In this document: in pieces, positions 57,643-64,000 of the stretch
Layout of the letters: each line of letters opens with the position of its first letter
How positions within the stretch are numbered: the first letter of the stretch is position 1
NCBI GenBank assembly: GCA_963718665.1
Contig: OY970359.1
Span: 1,312,001-1,376,000 of the forward strand
Direction: 5' to 3'
DNA length: 64,000 bases
From: an uncultured Phycisphaerales bacterium
GTDB lineage: Bacteria; Planctomycetota; Phycisphaerae; Sedimentisphaerales; Anaerobacaceae
Program-made: the position numbers and the translations under genes
The notes under the pieces: generated by a model
Database searches by the model: none
Told to the model about the DNA's origin: nothing
The model's input: the letters and a program-made list of their open reading frames with translations, nothing else

Positions 57643-58509
57643 ATGGTTGGTAAACAAACAAGAAGAGACGTTTTGAAATTGGCGGGAGTAGGGGTAATTG
57701 CAGCAGGGCTAAAACCGGCAATGGGTACGGAACAAACCGGAACATCAACGAGCCCTTCGATTTCAGCCGGGGCAGGCAGGGCGAAATTTAATCTGGGTAT
57801 GACATCTTATACGTTCAGGAAATTTCCCACTGAGCAGGCAATCGCGATGACCAAACGGCTGGGGTTAAAATACATCAGCTTTAAAGATGTTCACATGCCG
57901 TTAAACAGCACCCCTGAGCAAATCCAAAATACAGTGGCGAAGGTAAAAGAGGCGGGATTGTTTCTTTACACGTGCGGCGTAATTTATATGAAGACCGAAG
58001 CGGATGTGCAGCAGGCATTTGATTACGCAAAAGCCGCGGGAGTAAAAATGATTGTCGGCGTGCCCAATTACGAGCTGCTCGGCCTGGTCGAAAAGAAAGT
58101 AAAAGAATACAACATCAAAGTGGCGGTCCATAATCACGGAGCTGATTATAAGCTATACCCGTCGCCGGCAAGTGTCTATGAGAAGATAAAAGACCTCGAT
58201 AAACGAATCGGCCTTTGCATTGACATCGGCCATACACAGCGGTCAGGTATCGACCCGTCGGAGGCGGCAGAGAAATTCGCCGACCGGCTTCTCGACCTCC
58301 ACATAAAAGACGAAAGCTCGGCGACCACCGAAGGCACTACGGTTGAAATGGGCAGGGGCGTGATTGACCTTGTAAAGCTTATGCGGACGCTGGAGAAAAT
58401 CGGCTACTCAAACATCGCGGCGTTCGAATTCGAGAAGGACGAAAACGACCCGTTGGCGGGTGTCGCCGAATCCGTCGGCTATACGAGAGGTATTCTGGCC
58501 AGCATCTAA
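57643..58509 (+). CDS. Tat-exported sugar phosphate isomerase/epimerase (xylose isomerase-like TIM barrel)
   Basis: TRRDVLK twin-arginine signal, HNHG, DIGH, HIKD, EFE. Confidence 0.85.
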   Translation: MVGKQTRRDVLKLAGVGVIAAGLKPAMGTEQTGTSTSPSISAGAGRAKFNLGMTSYTFRKFPTEQAIAMTKRLGLKYISFKDVHMPLNSTPEQIQNTVAKVKEAGLFLYTCGVIYMKTEADVQQAFDYAKAAGVKMIVGVPNYELLGLVEKKVKEYNIKVAVHNHGADYKLYPSPASVYEKIKDLDKRIGLCIDIGHTQRSGIDPSEAAEKFADRLLDLHIKDESSATTEGTTVEMGRGVIDLVKLMRTLEKIGYSNIAAFEFEKDENDPLAGVAESVGYTRGILASI

Positions 58510-58540
58510 AGTCGGGAACTATTTGTGAAAGGAAATTCGG

Positions 58541-59479
58541 ATGTCCAAGATGACGATTTTAGCCGGGTTGATTCTGTTTTTTGTATCGGCCTGCGCAGCG
58601 GGTGCGGATATCAAATTCGTCCAGGATACCAATAAAATCGACATCCTTATCGGGGGCAACCTGTTCACGACCTATCGATATGGCTCTGAACTGACCAAGC
58701 CGATTTTGTACCCGGTCAAAAGCCCTTCGGGTATTGTGCTGACTCGCGGCTTTCCGTTCGAGAAAATACCCGGCGAAAGCAACGACCATCCGCATCATAC
58801 AGGGATATTCTTTACTTATGACAAAGTTAATAACGATGGCTTCTGGAACAACACAACTTCGCCTCCGCAGATAAAGCACATAAAAACCACAAAGATGGAG
58901 AATGGTCAGATTTCCACAATATCGCACTGGGTCGGCAAATCAGGCAAAACACTGCTCGAAGAAAAAAGGGATATGGTTTTTTCTGCTGAGGCGAATCAAT
59001 ACGCTATCGATTTCAATATCACCCTGACCGCGCAGGATGAAAAAATTGTCTTCGGCGACACCAAAGAGGGTATGTTCGCGATTCGCGTGGCCGACTGGCT
59101 GAGCGAGGACAAAGGGACAGGCAAATATCTCGACTCAGACGGCAATATGGGCGAGCCGACTATCTGGGGCAAAAAAACCACCTGGGTTCGCTTGGAAGGA
59201 ATTAAAGATGGCAAAATAATCGGTATCGCGATTTTCAATCATCCGACAAGCGCATGTTTCCCAACCTATTGGCACGCAAGGGGTTACGGCCTGTTTTCCG
59301 CTAATCCCTTAGGCCAACTGGATTTCCTGAAAGGCCGAAACGTCAAAAACCCCCAGCCGTTAAATTTCACGCTTTACCCAAATAAAAGCGCACTTTTCAG
59401 ATTCCGTATGATTATCTACGAAGGCCAAAAATCCGCCGAGCAACTTGAGAAGGAATTTCAGGCCTTTGCGAGGCATTGA
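58541..59479 (+). CDS. Secreted 'PmoA family'-like protein (not a methane monooxygenase)
   Basis: Signal peptide, KPILYP, DHPHH, DTKEG, WHARGYGL. Confidence 0.7.
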   Translation: MSKMTILAGLILFFVSACAAGADIKFVQDTNKIDILIGGNLFTTYRYGSELTKPILYPVKSPSGIVLTRGFPFEKIPGESNDHPHHTGIFFTYDKVNNDGFWNNTTSPPQIKHIKTTKMENGQISTISHWVGKSGKTLLEEKRDMVFSAEANQYAIDFNITLTAQDEKIVFGDTKEGMFAIRVADWLSEDKGTGKYLDSDGNMGEPTIWGKKTTWVRLEGIKDGKIIGIAIFNHPTSACFPTYWHARGYGLFSANPLGQLDFLKGRNVKNPQPLNFTLYPNKSALFRFRMIIYEGQKSAEQLEKEFQAFARH

Positions 59480-59498
59480 AAAACATTGGCAGGAATTT

Positions 59499-59981
59499 AT
59501 GCTGAGGATTCTTGAGGCAGAGGCAGGTGAAACTCTGGAGATTATTAGAAAACTCTTTGAGGAGTACGCAGAATCATTGGGCTTTGATTTGTCCTTCCAG
59601 AATTTCGACGAGGAGTTAGCGAATCTTCCGGGCGAATATGCGCTGCCGACAGGGTGTTTATTGCTTGCGATATATCAGAACGAGGCGGCGGGATGCATTG
59701 CGTTAAGGCGGATAGACAAAACGATTTGCGAAATGAAACGGCTGTTTGTCCGGCCGCAATTTCGGCGTAAGGGAATCGGGCGGGCATTGGCCGAAGCTGT
59801 AATTGAACGAGCCAAAACAGCCGGGTACAAACAAATGCGCCTCGATACTGCGCCAACAATGGACGCCGCCAGAAACCTGTATGAATCTTTGGGATTTGAG
59901 GAGATAGAAGCATACAGGTATAATCCGCTAAAAGGTGCGGTATTTATGGAACTGTCACTAAATAGAAAAAAAGGGGCCTGA
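59499..59981 (+). CDS. GNAT family N-acetyltransferase
   Basis: ELANLPGEY, CEMKRLFV, RRKGIG, LDT, LYESLGF. Confidence 0.92.
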   Translation: MLRILEAEAGETLEIIRKLFEEYAESLGFDLSFQNFDEELANLPGEYALPTGCLLLAIYQNEAAGCIALRRIDKTICEMKRLFVRPQFRRKGIGRALAEAVIERAKTAGYKQMRLDTAPTMDAARNLYESLGFEEIEAYRYNPLKGAVFMELSLNRKKGA

Positions 59982-59990
59982 CCCCTTTTT
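59966..59990. terminator. Probable bidirectional intrinsic terminator
   Basis: AAAAAAAGGGG-cctga-CCCCTTTTT between the convergent GNAT gene and rplI. Confidence 0.55.
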
Positions 59991-60080
59991 CTTCGAATCG
60001 CAATCTCGGGTAACGTATGGCGGATAGCAACTCGATAAACATTACACACTACCCGCTACGCGCCAATTCGCGATAGTATC

Positions 60081-60752
60081 TTACTTTTCTTTTTTTCCGG
60101 CCGGCTTGCTTTTGCCTGCCGGTTTGGCTTTGCCTTTTGGTTTGCTTTCACCTTCCGGCTTAGCTTCGCCTTCTGGCTTTGCTTCGCCCTCCGGTTTGGA
60201 TTCCGCCTTGGGTTCCGCCACCTGCTCCTGGGCTTTCTGCTCAGCGGCCAGCTTCGCGGCCTCTTTGGCGGCTTCCTTTTGCTGGGCCTTGAATGCCTCC
60301 GCGTCAATGCCTTCAGGAACAACAACAACGCTCACCGAGGCGGTCAAATCGTCCGCAAACTCCAGCTTAACGCTGTATGTGCCGACCTCTTTGATATGCT
60401 CGTGGAGCATAACCACGTCATCGGCAACCTCAAAGCCCTGCTCTCGCAGGTTCTTGGCGATATCGTGCCTGAAAACCGAGCCGAACAGGTGACCAAGCTC
60501 GTTGACCGCCGCAGCGAGAACTGCCTCGGCGCCGTTGACGGCCTGGGCCGCTTTTTCGAGCTGCTTGCGTTCAAGATTACGCTCTTCGGCACGCGCCGCC
60601 TTGGCCTTTGCAATTGACTTTATGTTGTTATCCGTAGCGGCCTTGGCAAGCCCCTGCGGAAACAGGTAATTTCTCGCGTAGCCGTCGGCGACATCCACAA
60701 CATCCCCGAGCCAGCCCAGTTTACGAACGTCACTAACCAGTAATACTTTCAT
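60081..60752 (-). CDS. rplI: 50S ribosomal protein L9 with a repetitive C-terminal tail
   Basis: MKVLL..DV.KLG..GD.V.V..GYARNYL.P, LFGSV. Confidence 0.96.
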   Translation of the reverse strand: MKVLLVSDVRKLGWLGDVVDVADGYARNYLFPQGLAKAATDNNIKSIAKAKAARAEERNLERKQLEKAAQAVNGAEAVLAAAVNELGHLFGSVFRHDIAKNLREQGFEVADDVVMLHEHIKEVGTYSVKLEFADDLTASVSVVVVPEGIDAEAFKAQQKEAAKEAAKLAAEQKAQEQVAEPKAESKPEGEAKPEGEAKPEGESKPKGKAKPAGKSKPAGKKEK

Positions 60753-60776
60753 TTACACATCTCCGCGTAAAAAATT

Positions 60777-60838
60777 TCGTTTATCGTCGCTCGTGACTCG
60801 TCGCTCGAACCACGGGGCACGGACAACGGGGCACGGAT
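60777..60838. repeat. Inverted heptamer array between rpsR and rplI
   Basis: tcgttta tcgtcgc tcgtgac tcgtcgc tcgaac | cacgggg cacggac aacgggg cacggat. Confidence 0.75.
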
Positions 60839-60844
60839 TCCAGG

Positions 60845-61147
60845 TTATGCGCAAAACGGCAGAAGCGCCATAAACCTTGCGCGTTTGATTGCGTTTTTGA
60901 CCTTGCGCTGACAGCCGGCACAATTGCCGCTGCGCTTGCGGGAATATATCTTGCCGCGATGCGTCAACAGCTTCTGCAGGGTCTCGATATCCTTGTAATC
61001 CACGTACTCCTCGCGTCGCCTGCAGAACCTGCACTGGGTCTGCTGCGGCGCGGCCAGCTTACGGGTGTTGTCCGACCTGTCGCCGCCTCTCCTGTCGTCT
61101 CTTCTTTCGCCTCTTCTATCATCTCTTCTTTCGCCATATTCCGCCAT
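60845..61147 (-). CDS. rpsR: 30S ribosomal protein S18 (Cys-containing, Zn-binding type)
   Basis: [33 protein letters not shown] at 61147. Confidence 0.95.
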   Translation of the reverse strand: MAEYGERRDDRRGERRDDRRGGDRSDNTRKLAAPQQTQCRFCRRREEYVDYKDIETLQKLLTHRGKIYSRKRSGNCAGCQRKVKNAIKRARFMALLPFCA

Positions 61148-61285
61148 ATTTTCACCTTTAAAAAACTTCGTACTTCGTCTATCGGTTACGCTGCTCGTTT
61201 CGTCCATCGTCTCACGGCTGCGTGTTAATCGACGATTCACGCAACCGACACGAGCTGCGTAACCGCAACCGTACAACTCAACCAT

Positions 61286-61741
61286 CTAAAATGGTATATC
61301 ATCTGCGGGAGGGTGCGCTCCCTTTACAGGCCCGGAGTTATCCGGCTCAACCTGGCTGTCAGACCCAGCTTCACCGCCTGCTGCTCCGGCCTCACCGCCG
61401 GCCCCGCCGGCCGGTCCGCCGAGAAACTGGAAATTCTCGACGACAACCCTGTGCCGGCTTCGCTTTGAGCCGTCCTGTGCCGTCCACTGTTCGAACGACA
61501 GCCGACCCTCCACAAAGAGTGGTCTGCCCTTGCGCATATACTTGTTGAGCGTCTCGGCGGGCCGACCGAAGGCACGGCAATCGACAAAGCACACTTCCTC
61601 TTTGCTCTCACCTTCCTTGCTGGTCCACTTGCGGTTTATCGCAAGGCCGAACTCAACAACGGGCGTCTGACTCGGCAGATACGACAACTGCGGGTCCCGC
61701 GTCAGGTTGCCCATCAACATTACCTTATTAAAATTCGCCAT
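61286..61741 (-). CDS. ssb: Single-stranded DNA-binding protein
   Basis: NKVMLMGNLTRDP, KG...VEGRL, C-terminal DDIPF. Confidence 0.97.
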   Translation of the reverse strand: MANFNKVMLMGNLTRDPQLSYLPSQTPVVEFGLAINRKWTSKEGESKEEVCFVDCRAFGRPAETLNKYMRKGRPLFVEGRLSFEQWTAQDGSKRSRHRVVVENFQFLGGPAGGAGGEAGAAGGEAGSDSQVEPDNSGPVKGAHPPADDIPF

Positions 61742-61819
61742 CGATAACTCCTCTATTCTTCAGCGTCGCTCCTCAACAAGAGAAGCGGCCGCTTTCAGTC
61801 AATGCTCGCAGGCAGATTA

Positions 61820-62266
61820 CTAAACCTGCTGCTCAGGGTTATCCGTGACTTCCGCTTCGGCGGCTTCCGGCTCGTTCTGCGCCACAGTATTATCGGCAGC
61901 AACAGGGGCAGGGGCAGGAGCATGCACCGCGGCGGTCGCCTGCTTGATGATATCTTCCTCAGTGAGGTGCTCCACCCTGAGAATCAGCGCACGCATAATG
62001 CGTTCCGAGAGCAGCACATCCCGCTCTAATTCGTGGATTTTTAGCCCGTCGGCCTTAAAGTAAGCGAGGATGTAAGTCCCCCGGCTGCACCTTTTAACCG
62101 GATAAGCCAGCGGTCTTTCATCCCATTTTTTCAGCGACACGATTTGGGCATCAATTTTGTTCAGCATTTTCGTGACGAGCTCGATAATGCCGTCCCAGTC
62201 CTTGGCCGCCTCGGCCGAATCAATCAGGAACATCACTTCGTAAAGCTTCTTAACTCCAGTTTCCAA
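61820..62266 (-). CDS. rpsF: 30S ribosomal protein S6
   Basis: YEVMFLI, W.ERPLAYPV, G.Y; TTG at 62266 after GGAGG; rpsF-ssb-rpsR-rplI synteny. Confidence 0.92.
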   Translation of the reverse strand: METGVKKLYEVMFLIDSAEAAKDWDGIIELVTKMLNKIDAQIVSLKKWDERPLAYPVKRCSRGTYILAYFKADGLKIHELERDVLLSERIMRALILRVEHLTEEDIIKQATAAVHAPAPAPVAADNTVAQNEPEAAEAEVTDNPEQQV

Positions 62267-62317
62267 CTTAGATACCTCCAGCAAAATTTTCCGACTCTAC
62301 GTTCGACATATTTCTAT

Positions 62318-62893
62318 TCATTCTTCAAACCGATTATGTTTTGTCATCGCCGACTGAATACCTTCTTCAAGCCAGCAAATTGCTGCGTCTTTGGCCCGGC
62401 CTATTCCCTGGTTTACCTGCTCGGTCTCAACCAGGCCGGGCTCGCCAAGCACGTATTCCACTGCTTCGCCCATTTTGCACTGGCCTATGCCGACTCTTAA
62501 TCGGGGTACGTCTTCGGTGCCGAGCTTTTCCACCACGTCTGTCAGACCGTTGTGCCCGCCGGCGGAACCTTTTGCCCTTAACCTTATCTGTCCCGGCTCA
62601 AGCCACATATCATCGAGCACTAACAGCACGTCATTCAAATCTATCTTGTAAAAACCCATCGCGTCAGCCACCGGCTGGCCGCTGCAATTCATATATTGCA
62701 TCGGTTTCAGCAGCAAAACCTGGTTGCCGGCATATTCGCCCTTGCCCAGATGGCCGCCGAAGCTGTTTTTGTTCACATCTATACCAAGCGCCCCGCCGAG
62801 CATATCAATCACCTTGAAGCCGACGTTGTGCCGCGTTTCGGCATACTTCTTACCCGGATTGCCAAGTCCAACTATCATCTTCATACCAGGCAT
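62318..62893 (-). CDS. pth: Peptidyl-tRNA hydrolase
   Basis: IVGLGNPG..Y..TRHNVGF, KP..YMN.SG, GGHNG, RLRVGIG. Confidence 0.97.
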   Translation of the reverse strand: MPGMKMIVGLGNPGKKYAETRHNVGFKVIDMLGGALGIDVNKNSFGGHLGKGEYAGNQVLLLKPMQYMNCSGQPVADAMGFYKIDLNDVLLVLDDMWLEPGQIRLRAKGSAGGHNGLTDVVEKLGTEDVPRLRVGIGQCKMGEAVEYVLGEPGLVETEQVNQGIGRAKDAAICWLEEGIQSAMTKHNRFEE

Positions 62894-62917
62894 AGTGCCG
62901 GCTCGCTAAAAACAGCC

Positions 62918-63613
62918 CTACTTCTTCTCCTCTTTTTTCTCTTTCTTTTCCTTCGGCTCCTTCGCCTCGGCCGTCGCTTCGCCCTCTTCCGGCTCTTCCT
63001 TGGCCGCAGTTATAACCTCAGGAGCAGCAGGCATTTCGGCCTCAAGCTCTTCCGTGGTCTTAACCTCAACAACGATGTGGCAGGTCACGACGAGCAGTTC
63101 TGGCGAGCTTATCAGCTTGACCCCCTCGGGCAACTGAATATCCTTCGCGTGAATCGCGTCGCCCAAAGCCATTTCCTTGACGGATATAACAATACGCTCG
63201 GGTATTTGGGTAACACGGCACTCGACTTCGAGCTTGCCCGTGTGAACCTCGACCATTCCGCCTTCCTGAGCTCCCTTGGCTGTGCCTTTCGTCTCTATAG
63301 GCACGGTTACGCGAACCATCTCGGTAACATCCACGCGCATCAGGTCAACGTGAATGATGTCCGTCCCGACATAGTCGTACTGCACGTCCTTGACAAGCAG
63401 GGTCTCATTCTTTTTGTTTATCTCGACCTCCATCAGCCGATGTCCTTGCTGCAGCACCTCCCTGAAGCTTTTGGCATTCAGCGTGATTGTGGCTGGCTCT
63501 TGCTTGTGACCATAAACCACGGCCGGGATTTGTCCTTTCTTGCGCAACTTGATTGCGTCCTTCGAACCCACACCTTGACGAATCTCGGCTTTTAACACCT
63601 GTGCTTTATCCAT
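62918..63613 (-). CDS. rplY: 50S ribosomal protein L25 / Ctc
   Basis: IPAVVYG, IHVDL, G.A.G...GG, acidic tail. ATG at 63613 after GAGG. Confidence 0.95.
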   Translation of the reverse strand: MDKAQVLKAEIRQGVGSKDAIKLRKKGQIPAVVYGHKQEPATITLNAKSFREVLQQGHRLMEVEINKKNETLLVKDVQYDYVGTDIIHVDLMRVDVTEMVRVTVPIETKGTAKGAQEGGMVEVHTGKLEVECRVTQIPERIVISVKEMALGDAIHAKDIQLPEGVKLISSPELLVVTCHIVVEVKTTEELEAEMPAAPEVITAAKEEPEEGEATAEAKEPKEKKEKKEEKK

Positions 63614-63663
63614 AACATCCTCACAACAAACCAAACTTTCTATTTCAAAAAGCCAGCTATCAA

Positions 63664-64000
63664 CTAATGAGTGCTGAATAAGCTGCTGACCGATTCATTT
63701 CTGTGTATTCTCTTTATTGCCTCGCCGACCATTGCCGACACCGTCAGGACTTTGATTTTCTTCGATTTAGCCGCCTCGGCACTTAGGGGTATTGTGTCGG
63801 TAACAACAATCTCATCGACAGGCGCTTTGCTCAGTTTTTCGACCGCGCCCGGGGCGAACACTCCGTGCGTCGCGCCAACGCAGATATTGCGTGCTCCCCG
63901 CTCCTTGACCAACGCGGCGGCAGAACAAATAGTCCCCGCGGTGGTAATCATATCATCACACATCAGGACGTTTCTGCCCTCGACGTTACCTATAAGCTCC
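63664..64000 (-). CDS. prs: Ribose-phosphate pyrophosphokinase (partial, C-terminal end)
   Basis: [13 protein letters not shown]-binding motif, ATHGVF, VTDTIP, ESVSSLF. Confidence 0.95.
   Translation of the reverse strand, partial: ELIGNVEGRNVLMCDDMITTAGTICSAAALVKERGARNICVGATHGVFAPGAVEKLSKAPVDEIVVTDTIPLSAEAAKSKKIKVLTVSAMVGEAIKRIHRNESVSSLFSTH

Noticed and set aside
58541..59479. Particulate methane monooxygenase
   Set aside because: This is a soluble secreted protein with no TM bundle and no pmoB or pmoC; the family label is misleading.
61148..61285. N-terminal extension of S18 from 61285, as in the ORF track
   Set aside because: The region is better explained as a structured spacer; the ATG at 61147 follows an AAAGGTG RBS-like sequence.
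61760..61795. Hairpin in the rpsF-ssb spacer
   Set aside because: A short ordinary stem-loop without a U-tract; too little evidence for a function.
177..63595. Numerous overlapping 60-300 aa ORFs in the six-frame track (e.g. 2877-3650, 20035-20733, 37244-38044, 62696-63595)
   Set aside because: They are antisense or out-of-frame shadows of well-supported genes and show no recognisable motifs.
1..64000. tRNA, rRNA, integrase, transposase or prophage genes
   Set aside because: None were recognised; almost all sequence is accounted for by CDSs and short spacers.

Overview
This is a bacterial chromosomal window. Gene content suggests Planctomycetota, possibly Phycisphaerae/Sedimentisphaerales-like (inferred from the large Zn-ribbon LepB, the PurS-fused PurL and the exosortase-EPS locus; not verified by any search). 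1-20.6 kb (minus strand) is a surface-glycan modification cluster: a DPM1/ArnC-like GT2, three multi-pass GT-C-like membrane proteins (one frameshifted), two GT2/methyltransferase fusions, three GT4s, three stand-alone methyltransferases, two AsnB amidotransferases, a deacetylase and a CoA-ligase-family protein. 20.8-40 kb is mostly housekeeping: gpmI, mutL, a btuFCD-like transporter, lepB, parB with two perfect parS sites, dtd, a dksA-like gene, accA, tyrA, an AT-rich PD-(D/E)XK nuclease-like gene and purL. 40.6-52.3 kb is a Wza-exosortase-EpsI-giant TPR-Wzc-epimerase operon behind a long structured leader. 53-60 kb holds mlaEF, an FAD/Fe-S oxidoreductase and exported enzymes. 60-64 kb is the prs-rplY-pth-rpsF-ssb-rpsR-rplI cluster. 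The most striking unexplained structures are: (i) a dispersed family of 7-bp-period arrays, often inverted, whose sequences differ between copies and which lie between genes and in frame inside mutL, purL and other genes; (ii) a 63-bp palindromic mini-element inserted in frame at the btuC/btuD ATGA overlap, with a clean excision product; (iii) structured RNA candidates between ssb and rpsR and upstream of the EPS operon. No rRNA, tRNA, CRISPR array or transposase was seen. All calls come from reading motifs by eye; no database searches were run.
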